DNA of 64,000 bases from Thermoplasmata archaeon (GTDB lineage Archaea; Thermoplasmatota; Thermoplasmata; UBA10834), in assembly GCA_029864565.1 (NCBI GenBank), contig JAOTTD010000006.1, forward strand, positions 2,415 to 66,414, read 5' to 3'. This document shows positions 20,972 to 30,334 of this stretch, in pieces. Under the pieces are notes generated by a model. That model had not been told where the DNA came from and ran no database searches. It saw only the letters and a program-made list of their open reading frames with translations. Made by a program: the position numbers and the translations under genes. Positions within the stretch are counted from its first letter, which is position 1. Every line of letters begins with the position of its first letter.

Positions 20972-22765
20972 TCACTCCGCTATGCGCTTGTCTAGGAATC
21001 GCACGGATCTCTCGTACAGGTCTCTCAGGTTCTTTCGCTTACGCGGCCAGTGGCCCTCGTCCTTGTACTCGTGATACTCGTAGTCCTTCCCCATCTTCTC
21101 GAGCCTCCGCACGACCTCCCTTGTCTCCGTAGGCGGGCACCTCACATCGCGCGCGGACGCAGTAAGCAGGATCGGTGCTCTGAGGTTTTCCATGAAGTTT
21201 ATAGGAGACCTATCCCAGTATAGCTCAGGGTTGTCCTTCGGATCTCCCATCTTGCTCAGGTCATACGCTTTGAGATAACCTCTCTCGCTCTCGAACTCTG
21301 TTACGCAATCGAAATAGCCAACGATTGACACTCCAGCGGCCCACATGTCAGGAGCCTTCGTAAGCGCAAGCATGCACAAATATCCGCCATAGCTCGCTCC
21401 CCAGAATCCCAACTTGTCCTCGTCCGCGAAGCCGGTTCTCACCAGATACCTTCCGCCGTGTATGACGTCTTTGAGGTCTCCTCCTCCAAGGTCCTTGTTG
21501 TGCAGGTGAAGAAACTCCCGGCCGTATCCAGTGGAGCCGCGGTAGTTGGGCAGGATCACCGAGAACCCCTTTATGACAAACATCTGGACGATCTGGTCCC
21601 AGAGGTTCAGCGACTGCATCTCTGGCCCTCCATGAGGTATCACAACCCCGCGTCCTGTGGGACCGCCTTTAGGAAGGAAGAGCATGGCCGATATCCGTCT
21701 TCCATCGAATGAACGATACTTAACGACTCTCGGCTGTGCGAACGCATGTGTTGGGAGGTCGGTGCTCTGAAACCTCGTCAGGCGCTTTGGTCTGCCTCTC
21801 CTGACGATGAACATCTCCTCCGGTCTCATGGATGATCCGTTGATGAAGACAATGCCCGAGTCATCAGGCAGCCAATGGTGGCTTCTCGAGACGCCGGTCT
21901 TGTTTGAGACCGTGTGCGTCCTACCTTTCTCCTTCACCTTGACGACTATGTTCGGATCCTCAACCTCCAGATAGGCCAGCTTCGCCCCATCACTGGACCA
22001 CTGGGGGCTGTATTTGTCGTTCGCCGAGCGCGCCAACCAACGTTGTCTCCTGGTGACAATCTCTAGCATGCCTATGTCATTGGAGTCGTATTCGTTGGAC
22101 ACGAACAGCAGCTTTGAGCCATCGGCGGACCATTGCATGGGTTTGGCGCCGTAGCCCCAGATGCCGTAGTCGACGTTCTTCTTGGACAGAATGCGCTTCG
22201 TCTTGCGGTTCAACGCGTCTACGGTCGAGATGTAGTCTCCATCGCTTATGCCTGCTCCATACGCGATTGTGCGCCCATCGGGAGACCATGCGAATTCTCT
22301 GACGGGCAGTTCTTCGTCAGTGAGACGCGTAAGCTCTCCGCCCTCAGAGTCCACGACGTAGAGGTTCTCCATATCGTCCTTGCGGTTGGAGATGAACGCG
22401 ATTCTCTTGCCATCGGGGGAGAACTGGGGGCTCTCGTTGTCAGCGACACTGTCCGTGACCTTCTTCGGATTCCTTCCATTGCCATCGACGACGAAAACAT
22501 CGTAGTCTTCGTCCCCCTCGAAGTCCGCTTGATAAGCAATCCTCGTTCCGCATGGTGAGTATGTAGGAGACAGAAGGGCCTGATCTCCGGACATGATCCT
22601 CCTGATCTTCCCGTCCGTGAGGTTCATGATCGCGAGTTCGTAGTTGTGACCCTTGTTCACGGAACATACCGCTTTCGCGCCGTCCGGGTGTATGCTGTAC
22701 TCCTGCACCTCTATGGCCTTGAACAGCCCAGAAGTGTTGACTCGGTCCACTCGTCTGGATGACAT
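20972..22765 (-). CDS. S9 family peptidase with beta-propeller (PD40-like) repeats
   Basis: SPDG repeats, HGGP, GASYGG nucleophile, DVRC, EGH; start trimmed to ATG 22765. Confidence 0.92.
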   Translation of the reverse strand: MSSRRVDRVNTSGLFKAIEVQEYSIHPDGAKAVCSVNKGHNYELAIMNLTDGKIRRIMSGDQALLSPTYSPCGTRIAYQADFEGDEDYDVFVVDGNGRNPKKVTDSVADNESPQFSPDGKRIAFISNRKDDMENLYVVDSEGGELTRLTDEELPVREFAWSPDGRTIAYGAGISDGDYISTVDALNRKTKRILSKKNVDYGIWGYGAKPMQWSADGSKLLFVSNEYDSNDIGMLEIVTRRQRWLARSANDKYSPQWSSDGAKLAYLEVEDPNIVVKVKEKGRTHTVSNKTGVSRSHHWLPDDSGIVFINGSSMRPEEMFIVRRGRPKRLTRFQSTDLPTHAFAQPRVVKYRSFDGRRISAMLFLPKGGPTGRGVVIPHGGPEMQSLNLWDQIVQMFVIKGFSVILPNYRGSTGYGREFLHLHNKDLGGGDLKDVIHGGRYLVRTGFADEDKLGFWGASYGGYLCMLALTKAPDMWAAGVSIVGYFDCVTEFESERGYLKAYDLSKMGDPKDNPELYWDRSPINFMENLRAPILLTASARDVRCPPTETREVVRRLEKMGKDYEYHEYKDEGHWPRKRKNLRDLYERSVRFLDKRIAE

Positions 22766-22833
22766 TTCAATCGACCCTGTTCGACGGAAGGCTCTCTTTC
22801 GATTTGAGACTTTTGGCCGGGCGGAAGCTGCGG

Positions 22834-23613
22834 TCACAACCGTAGTTGCAGAAGCTGTATCTCGGATCTCGGGAGCTGCTCGGATGCTAAGATTCCGCAG
22901 CCGACGAATCCCTTTTCCAAGAACCACTTCGACGGGCCGTTCGGGAAGGTGAGTTCGTCGGACGATGCTACGGAGAGGGTATCGTACCCACTCTCTCGAA
23001 GATGCTCCACCAGCGCATTGAGAGGATGCGTCCGATAGTCGTGCTCGTCGTCAGAAGCGAACGAACATGTAAGAAATGCGTTCTTATCCCTCTTGTTTGG
23101 GATGGGATATGGCACCTTCGTGGATGGGAGATATTCAGCTCCGCCTACGCATCCACCATCGACCATGTGCAGAAAGCCCAGATGGTCTGCGTTGATGTCC
23201 TCCAGCATCTCTTTCACCCATTCGGCCTTCCCGCGACATATGCCCGTGTCGCATGATCTCAAACACGGCTCGCAGGTAGACAACACGCTGTCTGGCGTGA
23301 TCGGAACGAGATCGCCCTTCACGACTTTGCCGCCAATATTTGCTCTGCTCTGTCTGGGTGCGAAGTCCTCGTCGTAGAGCATCGCCAGGACCTCCTCGTT
23401 GGAGAATGGCCCCTGCCATCTGTATCTATCGTTGACGATCAACATTGTTGGCGAGAATATGGCATACTCTTCACATGCACTATCGTCGACGGAGACGTCG
23501 TGCAGATGAAGGGTCACCGACTCCTTCCATGCAATCGTCTTGATCCGCGCCAGGAGGTAGACATTGTGCAGGCACTGATAGCCGAAGTAGAAGAACCTGA
23601 AACTGCGGGGCAT
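22834..23613 (-). CDS. Thioredoxin-like (YoaP-like) domain plus GNAT-like domain protein
   Basis: YFGYQC..IFSPTMLIVND N-terminal domain; CRGKAEW..GGAEYLP..FLTC..PNGPSKWFLEKGF GNAT-like domain. Confidence 0.6.
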   Translation of the reverse strand: MPRSFRFFYFGYQCLHNVYLLARIKTIAWKESVTLHLHDVSVDDSACEEYAIFSPTMLIVNDRYRWQGPFSNEEVLAMLYDEDFAPRQSRANIGGKVVKGDLVPITPDSVLSTCEPCLRSCDTGICRGKAEWVKEMLEDINADHLGFLHMVDGGCVGGAEYLPSTKVPYPIPNKRDKNAFLTCSFASDDEHDYRTHPLNALVEHLRESGYDTLSVASSDELTFPNGPSKWFLEKGFVGCGILASEQLPRSEIQLLQLRL

Positions 23614-23722
23614 ATCTCTCGGAAGGAAAGCCAATCGAACGCGCTTATGGTTTTCGCCATTCTCGTTTGGGACAAGTATTAATTCGCTTCAATCAATCTG
23701 GACCTCGGAGGAGGTGAGCTGT

Positions 23723-23842
23723 TTGGTCAAAGGTATGCTCGGCAAGACCTATCATTGCGACATCTGCGGTCAAGAGGTTAACGTGACCGAGGAAGGTGTC
23801 GGAGTTCTCGTGTGCTGCAACAAGCCAATGAGGGTGCTGTGA
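23723..23842 (+). CDS. Desulforedoxin-like small FeS4 iron-binding protein (39 aa)
   Basis: Below the ORF-track cutoff; GGAGGTGA SD then TTG; MVKGMLGKTYHCDICGQEVNVTEEGVGVLVCCNKPMRVL with CxxC...CC ligands. Confidence 0.9.
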   Translation: MVKGMLGKTYHCDICGQEVNVTEEGVGVLVCCNKPMRVL

Positions 23843-23880
23843 ACAGATTGTGCGACGCGCCCTATTCCGATCAGAAGGAG

Positions 23881-23977
23881 TGGGCCCGATCGGATTCGAA
23901 CCGATGACCAATTGGTCACTCAGGGGCGAGATCACCCCATATGAGCCAATCGCTCCGCCGGACTAAGCTACGGGCCC
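23881..23977 (-). tRNA. tRNA with CAU anticodon, probably tRNA-Ile2, with a 23-nt canonical intron (23917-23939)
   Basis: Acceptor GGGCCCG/CGGGCCC (Ile type); ATTGG-CT-CAT-A[intron]A-CCAAT; BHB motif with CTCA/TGAG helix and TAT/TGA bulges. Confidence 0.93.
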
Positions 23978-24057
23978 GTGTGAAATCTCCTAAACACCCG
24001 AGGTCTTATTAGGGTTTCTGTTTCTCTCGCAGGATCGAGGTCTGGACCAGCGGACTC

Positions 24058-24615
24058 TCAGTATCTGTAGGTTCTAGACTTCCCCTTCTCCAATTCCACG
24101 CCGAGCCCGAGGGAGATTCGGTTGGACAGGTTGAAATACGCTGCAATGAGGTTAGCCCTCAATATCTCCTTATCCGTGAGACCTGCATCCCGCAGGTCGT
24201 TTATGTCTTCCTCGGTGATGTCCTTCGGGTCGAGTGTGAGCTTCGCGGAGTATGCCAGTAGCGCTTTGTTCCTCGGTGTCTCGTGCTTCGACAGATATTC
24301 CTCGAGGAGCTGTCTGAGCGCCTCGGGGTCGTTCCCTACGAATTCCAGGGCTTCGGAGTGGTGCACCACACCATAGGCGCATTTGTTCGCTGCGGAGACA
24401 ACTACCGCAATCATCTCGCGCTCGCCTCTCGACAGAGGGCCGGCCCCCATCATCAGGTGTTCGTATATGTCGACCTGTCGGTCTAGGACATCGGGCTCCA
24501 TGCCCTCCGCCACGAAGACATTGGCAATGTGTCCGCGCTCTCTGTCGATCCGCTCAAAGACTTCCTTTGTCCTGCCAGTTGCCGTTTCCGGGTCTGTTGT
24601 TTTTATCCAGGTCAT
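24058..24615 (-). CDS. AhpD/CMD-like peroxidase-related protein
   Basis: LSRGEREMIAVVVSAANKCAYGVVHH; AYFNLSNR..GLG. Confidence 0.85.
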   Translation of the reverse strand: MTWIKTTDPETATGRTKEVFERIDRERGHIANVFVAEGMEPDVLDRQVDIYEHLMMGAGPLSRGEREMIAVVVSAANKCAYGVVHHSEALEFVGNDPEALRQLLEEYLSKHETPRNKALLAYSAKLTLDPKDITEEDINDLRDAGLTDKEILRANLIAAYFNLSNRISLGLGVELEKGKSRTYRY

Positions 24616-24812
24616 CTTGCTCTGCCTCAAACGACGTTGGGTCAGATGGTACAGAAGTGCGCAGGCTAAAAGCCTTGTCGTTCGACATTCAGCGAGCCGC
24701 TCCGACTGTGAGCGTGACCGGAGCGCTCAATACTCGAACACGCTCAGTATTCCGAGAATGCCTTCCGTCACTCGAACCGCCCCAACCATGAGCGGGTCGA
24801 TTTGAGAATGAT

Positions 24813-24888
24813 TGGCGCCGTCGAACGGGTTCGAACCGTTGACCTTCCGCTTAACAGGCGGACGCTCTACCGACTGAGCTACGACGGC
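24813..24888 (-). tRNA. tRNA-Asn(GTT) with encoded CCA
   Basis: GCCGTCG/CGACGGC acceptor, TCCGC-CT-GTT-AA-GCGGA anticodon arm, GTTCGAACC, GCCA end. Confidence 0.97.
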
Positions 24889-24981
24889 ATAGGGGTGCGA
24901 GCCGCAGTTAATCTGAGGTGGATAATAAGCCTTTTGCAGGTCCCTTCGCACTTCTGGCCAGAACTATGGTGGCGGGGGCGT

Positions 24982-25299
24982 CTACTCCAGCGACCCCCGC
25001 AGCTCGTTGACAGTATTGCTCATGCTCTCAAGCGTTTCCTTCAGGCCGTCCAGGAACTCCTGTATCTTCTCCGTGGTCACGGCACCATCTGGCGACGGCT
25101 CGATCAGTTCCTCCTGTTCCAGTATTCTCAGGGAATACCGAACCTTGTGCTGAGGGTACTGCAACATCTCGGAGAGTCTTATGATGCCGATGGGCTCGTT
25201 GTCCATGATTGCCTTGAGCATCTCGACGTGTCTCTGCAGAAGCTCCATCTCAGCTTCTATCTTGCTCGTGAGAATCGATCTGCCTATCTTCGCTGTCAT
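24982..25299 (-). CDS. Conserved archaeal winged-helix protein (predicted transcriptional regulator)
   Basis: EPIGIIRLSEML.YPQHKVRYSLRILEQEELIEPSPDGA. Confidence 0.8.
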   Translation of the reverse strand: MTAKIGRSILTSKIEAEMELLQRHVEMLKAIMDNEPIGIIRLSEMLQYPQHKVRYSLRILEQEELIEPSPDGAVTTEKIQEFLDGLKETLESMSNTVNELRGSLE

Positions 25300-25452
25300 C
25301 TCTGATTCCTTCTTGTGATCTCGGCTATGGTCCGTCAGGTCGTGCTACTTGATAGCACTCGGTCCTATATAACCCGAAAGGCCGAACCAACTCGCTGGTA
25401 GCCTCTCGACCAGACAAGCTTAAAATAACATCTCGGGATAGTGTCTCTCCTA

Positions 25453-26184
25453 ATGCCCGTCATTGAAGCGAAGGACATCATCAAGGATTTTGGGGCGATT
25501 AGGGCGCTTGACGACGTGTCGCTCGAAGTGCGTGAAGGAGACTTCTTCGGGTTCTTCGGGCCGAACGGCGCAGGAAAGACCACTCTTCTGAGGATCCTGA
25601 CCGGGCAGCTGCAGCCGTCATCGGGCTCCGTCCGGGTCATGGGTACTGACGCCGTTGAGGACCCCATCGGCGTAAAGGAACTCGTTGGTATCGTCCCTGA
25701 GGTTGAGAGCCCGCCGACGTACCTGACTGGATATGAGTATCTGTATTTCGTCGGCAAGGTGAGGAAGCTGGAGAACCTGGAGAACAGGATCGATAAATGG
25801 CTCAAGTTCTTCGATCTCGAGAGCAAGAAGGGAGTCATATGCAAGGACCTGTCGAAGGGGATGAGGCAGAAATTGATGATAGCATCCGCCTTTATACATG
25901 ACCCTCAGCTGGTATTCCTGGACGAGCCTTTCATCAATCTCGACCCGATATACCAGAAGATCCTTAGAGAGTTCCTACAGGACTACGTTTCTAACGGGGG
26001 CACTGTGTTCATGTGCTCCCACATACTCGAGATATCCGAGAGGCTCTGTAACCGCCTCGCCATTGTCGATTCTGGCAGGGTCGTCGCCTCCGGCGACAAG
26101 AGCGCCCTCGTCAAGGATGGTGAGGGGCTCGAGGAGTTCTTCCTCAGGTCAATAGGGGGCGGTCGTAAACGAGAACGCTTCTGA
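25453..26184 (+). CDS. ABC exporter ATP-binding protein
   Basis: GPNGAGKTT, LSKGMRQK, FLDEP, SH switch. Confidence 0.95.
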   Translation: MPVIEAKDIIKDFGAIRALDDVSLEVREGDFFGFFGPNGAGKTTLLRILTGQLQPSSGSVRVMGTDAVEDPIGVKELVGIVPEVESPPTYLTGYEYLYFVGKVRKLENLENRIDKWLKFFDLESKKGVICKDLSKGMRQKLMIASAFIHDPQLVFLDEPFINLDPIYQKILREFLQDYVSNGGTVFMCSHILEISERLCNRLAIVDSGRVVASGDKSALVKDGEGLEEFFLRSIGGGRKRERF

Positions 26185-26186
26185 GT

Positions 26187-27638
26187 ATGATGCTGAGGGA
26201 GGAGTTCAGAAGCCACGCTGCCTACTCGGGCAAGGAGCGTTTCCTGACCTTCCCCGTGTTCGTCTTCTTTCTCTCCACAATCGTAGGGCTGACACTCGAA
26301 AGGATATCTGAGACCGTCACCCTCGAGGAGCTGGCCACGTTCGCCCACTTGTCGGCGTTCATCTATGGGCTAAGCGTCGGAGCGTTCGGGCTGATGGGAC
26401 GCCAGTACTTGGAGAGGCGATATGGGAGAAACAACTATCTCGTGACCCTGCCGTACTTGCTGCCGTTCTCGTTCCGGTCTGCCTTCTTGGGGATATTCCT
26501 GAGGGATGCGCTTTTCTATGTAGTCCTCCTTCTTGTCCCCGCCACTATCGGGCTCGTGGTGGTCATCCCGGTCATGGGCTTCTCGCTCGTCAGCATACTC
26601 CTGTTCTTCGTCGCTGTCCTGGCCACTTTCATGATGGGCTTGTCGTTGAGCTTCTTCGCGTCGGTGCTGTACATCCGAAGTTCTCTGCTGTTCCTCGGCC
26701 TCACCGGAGCTGTCGCCGGGGCATTCCTAATGCATCTCATCACGGGCGTGCCCTCTCTCGCCACTCTCATACCGCCGCTCGAGTTCCAGATGAACGTGAG
26801 GCCTTTCGGCGGGGATGCGTCCGCAGCGTTAGCGAGCATCGCGTTGGCAATAGCCGCGATCGTCGCGATGACATGCGCCGCCTGCGCCGCGGTCTCCGTT
26901 CACATAGAGACATCGAGCCAGATGCACCCAGTTAGGCTCCCTTCATACATCGCCCGCGTCCCAATCATAAAGGGACTGAGCCTTGTGCTCGTGTCAAAAG
27001 AGCTGGTCGACCTGCGCAGGAGTGGTACTGTGGCGAAGATGTTCTTCTCATTGGTGCTTCCGTTGCTATTTCTGTCGTTTGCAGCCTGGTTCATCAACAA
27101 CGGCCTGGCGATCCCGGTCGGGTTCAACACCGTGTTCTATGCGGCGATGGTGGGATTCGTCGGCATACTGATGTACTCCTGGCTGAACAACATCGACCTC
27201 TCCGAGTACTACTCGTTGATACCGGTCACGGTCCCACAACTAATCAGGGTGAGGGTCATCATCTTCCTGATGCTCACGCTGGGAATCTCCGCGTTCTTCG
27301 TGGTCGGCATCTCAATCATAAACGGCGACACCGATCTGCTTTGGCTTGCTCTAATCGTCATGTTCGTGACGTCGTTATACATGGCGGCGCTGACCGCCTA
27401 TCTCACAGGGCTCAAGACGAACACCTTTCTGTTCGACACCAGCGTACTAGCCAAGTTCAGCGTCATGTCGTTCCTGCCGGATGTCTGCCTGACGATCCTA
27501 TCCTTCAGCCTTCTGTCTGATTGGCTCGCTGCATTGGTCGGAATCCTGATAGTGCTCTTCGTGATGCTGCTCACAACAATGATACTCTACCGAGGGATTG
27601 AGACTAAGTGGTCAGGGTTCAGTTTCGCGGCCGCTTGA
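26187..27638 (+). CDS. ABC-2 type permease, multi-pass membrane protein
   Basis: About 12 hydrophobic segments, internally duplicated; adjacent to the ABC ATPase. Confidence 0.8.
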   Translation: MMLREEFRSHAAYSGKERFLTFPVFVFFLSTIVGLTLERISETVTLEELATFAHLSAFIYGLSVGAFGLMGRQYLERRYGRNNYLVTLPYLLPFSFRSAFLGIFLRDALFYVVLLLVPATIGLVVVIPVMGFSLVSILLFFVAVLATFMMGLSLSFFASVLYIRSSLLFLGLTGAVAGAFLMHLITGVPSLATLIPPLEFQMNVRPFGGDASAALASIALAIAAIVAMTCAACAAVSVHIETSSQMHPVRLPSYIARVPIIKGLSLVLVSKELVDLRRSGTVAKMFFSLVLPLLFLSFAAWFINNGLAIPVGFNTVFYAAMVGFVGILMYSWLNNIDLSEYYSLIPVTVPQLIRVRVIIFLMLTLGISAFFVVGISIINGDTDLLWLALIVMFVTSLYMAALTAYLTGLKTNTFLFDTSVLAKFSVMSFLPDVCLTILSFSLLSDWLAALVGILIVLFVMLLTTMILYRGIETKWSGFSFAAA

Positions 27639-27678
27639 CGCGAGCGCGCGAGGTCATCGGATGTGACGTATTGAGGAG

Positions 27679-28263
27679 GTGCAGGACACGGACCGGGGCA
27701 TCGTGCTGAGAAGAATGGCGCACTCACTCATAGCGCTGGCGCCTCTGTACTATCTACTCCCGGTGGAGATGCCAGTCTCCCCCATCAGGAGGTGGCATCT
27801 CCTGATAGCGTTTTTCATCATCATCATGATCTTAGAGGCGGTGCGACTGCGGAGAGGCATCACATTCCTCGGCCTCCGCCCACACGAAGCCCACTCGATA
27901 GCCTCATTTGTCTGGGCCGCGGCGGGGATTACCTTCGCGCTTTGGCTCATGCCGATGGACATCGCCGTGCCCGTCCTAATCGGAATGGGCCTCGTGGATC
28001 CGCTCGTGGGCGAGTTGAGGCGAACAGGCGCACGTCCGGCGGCCTCGATATCGGCGCCGCTGCTGGTGTATGCCTTGATATGTGTCGCAACGCTGCTTAT
28101 GATGACGGAAAAAGACCTCGTTACGATTCTGGCAGTATCCTGTTTCGGCGCGTTCCTCGCAGTCGGAGCAGAGCGGCTCGATTTGCCCGTGATTGACGAC
28201 GATTTCCTCATGATCGTCGTGCCCGGCAGTCTCATGAGCTTCATGTGGCTCTATGCACTGTAG
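27679..28263 (+). CDS. Dolichol/phytol kinase-like membrane protein
   Basis: RRMAH, VDPLVGELR, AE..IDDDFL motifs; multiple TM segments. Confidence 0.7.
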   Translation: MQDTDRGIVLRRMAHSLIALAPLYYLLPVEMPVSPIRRWHLLIAFFIIIMILEAVRLRRGITFLGLRPHEAHSIASFVWAAAGITFALWLMPMDIAVPVLIGMGLVDPLVGELRRTGARPAASISAPLLVYALICVATLLMMTEKDLVTILAVSCFGAFLAVGAERLDLPVIDDDFLMIVVPGSLMSFMWLYAL

Positions 28264-28282
28264 AGCACATCATCCGTGCGGT

Positions 28283-28582
28283 TTACTGGTCGAGCAATTC
28301 GAGTTTGCCGTACTTCCCGGTGCTCACCTGGAGCTGGTTCTTGAAAGACGACACCCACCCGTTGGTGATCTTGATCTTCGCGTTGACTTCGACTCTGTCT
28401 ATGTCTTCGTTCCATAGGGTGAGGTTCACATTCTCGCCTTCCTCGTCCTGTCCAAGTGCGTCGCAGACCCTTCCGGAAGCGCCGCTCCATTTGGATTGGA
28501 ATTCTCTCGGCTCGCTTTTCTCCACGATCGTCAGAACGATCTCCTCGATTTTCGACCGGTCCTTGAGGTCCTTGGCCAACAT
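28283..28582 (-). CDS. Single OB-fold ssDNA-binding protein (SSB/RPA-like)
   Basis: GRVCDALGQDEEG..VNLTLWNE..KITNGWV..GKYG. Confidence 0.85.
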   Translation of the reverse strand: MLAKDLKDRSKIEEIVLTIVEKSEPREFQSKWSGASGRVCDALGQDEEGENVNLTLWNEDIDRVEVNAKIKITNGWVSSFKNQLQVSTGKYGKLELLDQ

Positions 28583-28767
28583 AGTTATCGCCTGTGGTCG
28601 CCCCCAAGGAACTCCTCTTACTAAAAAGCCTTTCCCTCTCGCGGACGCCCGCGCGCAGTGTCGAAGAGCGACTCCAAACCCTGATTTTCGTACCGAGCCA
28701 GACCTTCGCACGATGATGATTTCCCCCCAATTAGTCTTATATTCTCACACTCAGATAGGGGCCGTCT

Positions 28768-29265
28768 ATGACCAGGATTAAGGTTATCACTGAGCCGGCT
28801 GAACTCGTTCCAATGTTTCGGGCGGTGGACACTAAAGTCAAACGTGAGGTCCTTAAACTGGTCACACTCGAGTGGCACACGGTGCGAGACATCGAGAAGC
28901 AATTCGGGTCCGAGGGAAAGGAGGCACTCTTGTTTTTCGAGAAGATGAAGTTGGTCGAAACGCGATGGCAGACATCCGTTGATCAACAACCTGAGAAGGC
29001 GTATCACACGTATTACACATCCTTTCACATCAACGCCTCATGGCCTGTTTATGAGATCAGCGATGTCCTCGCAGCCGCCGTAATGCCTGAGAAGGACTTC
29101 TTGAAGGTGGAGAAGCAGACCTACGACCTCGTTGGCACATCTGGCAAGTTCGCCGGTGACGTGGCAGAGGTCCTCGGTGTGACGTTCACAATGTTGAAGA
29201 GCCTGGTCAAGAGGAGCACCAGGCTCGACTACCGTGGCCACAGAATCGAGCGCGTCAAGGATTGA
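28768..29265 (+). CDS. Conserved archaeal ArsR-like HTH protein
   Basis: ALLFFEKMKLVETRWQ..PEKAYHTYYTSFHIN. Confidence 0.7.
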   Translation: MTRIKVITEPAELVPMFRAVDTKVKREVLKLVTLEWHTVRDIEKQFGSEGKEALLFFEKMKLVETRWQTSVDQQPEKAYHTYYTSFHINASWPVYEISDVLAAAVMPEKDFLKVEKQTYDLVGTSGKFAGDVAEVLGVTFTMLKSLVKRSTRLDYRGHRIERVKD

Positions 29266-29272
29266 GTGATGT

Positions 29273-29827
29273 GTGGGTGAGTTCCTTTTGATAGTCGTTC
29301 TGAGGCTCGGCCATCGCCCGTCGAGAGACAAACGGGTCACAACGCATGTGGCGCTTACCGCACGCGCCTTCGGCGCCCAAGAGGTCTGGGTGTCGACAAA
29401 GGACGCTGCCTTGGAGAAGACGGTCGAGTCGATAGTGACGCGGTTCGGAGGGGAATTCGCGATCAAGACCGGCATGAAGTGGCGGGAGGCCATCCGATCC
29501 TGGAAAGGGAAGGTCGTTCACCTGACGATGTATGGTGAACGCCTAGACGACGTGTTGCCGTCAATCGCGAAGGAGGACCTGCTCATCGTCGTGGGGGCTG
29601 AGAAGGTTCCGCGGGAGGTCTATGAGCTCGCTGACGTAAACGTCTCAGTTGGGAACCAGCCGCATTCAGAGATTGCCGCCCTGGCCGTATTGATGGACCG
29701 AATTGCTGACGATGATACACTTTACATGAATCTGGATGGTCGATTGACCGTGTTGCCGAACCCCAGGGGGAAGACCGTAATTGACAACACCAAAGAGAAA
29801 GGGCAAGGCCGTGCCCGACCACGATGA
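29273..29827 (+). CDS. trm56: tRNA (cytidine(56)-2'-O)-methyltransferase
   Basis: LRLGHRPSRDKRVTTHVALTARAFGA, HLTMYG, GAEKVP, NQPHSE. Confidence 0.96.
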   Translation: MGEFLLIVVLRLGHRPSRDKRVTTHVALTARAFGAQEVWVSTKDAALEKTVESIVTRFGGEFAIKTGMKWREAIRSWKGKVVHLTMYGERLDDVLPSIAKEDLLIVVGAEKVPREVYELADVNVSVGNQPHSEIAALAVLMDRIADDDTLYMNLDGRLTVLPNPRGKTVIDNTKEKGQGRARPR

Positions 29828-30323
29828 ATGCATCCGCATCCTTAGAGAATGCGGGTGTGACGAGGGCGTGATAGCGCATTGCGAAGCTGTCTGCCAGGCG
29901 GCTTTGAGCATCGGCCGCCGTTGCGGGGCAAGGCTGCCTCTCGTGGAGGCGGGTTCGCTCCTGCATGATTTGGGCAGATGCAGAACGCATTCGATTCGTC
30001 ACGCGGTCGAGGGAGCGGCCATCGCCAGGGAGCTCGGCCTCCCTGATGAGATAGCTCTCATCATCGAACGGCACGTAGGTGCTGGCATCGCAGAGGCAGA
30101 AGCTGTTGCCCTTGGCCTGCCAACGAGGAATTACCTCCCTGAGACGTTGGAAGAGAAAGTCGTCGCCCACGCTGATAACCTCGTGGACAACATAAACAGG
30201 GTCAGTGTCAATAAAGCGGTGGCTGATTTCGCCAGACAGGGGCTGAACGAAGCGGCCAAGAGGACCATCAACTTGCACGACGAGCTCTCAAGAATTGCCG
30301 GCGTCGATCTGGATGCACTGTGA
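29811..30323 (+). CDS. HD (HDIG) domain phosphohydrolase
   Basis: H..LLHDLG..HAVEG..HVGAG..EEKVVAHADNL; GTG start overlapping the trm56 end. Confidence 0.9.
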   Translation: MPDHDECIRILRECGCDEGVIAHCEAVCQAALSIGRRCGARLPLVEAGSLLHDLGRCRTHSIRHAVEGAAIARELGLPDEIALIIERHVGAGIAEAEAVALGLPTRNYLPETLEEKVVAHADNLVDNINRVSVNKAVADFARQGLNEAAKRTINLHDELSRIAGVDLDAL

Positions 30324-30334
30324 TAGTATACTCA

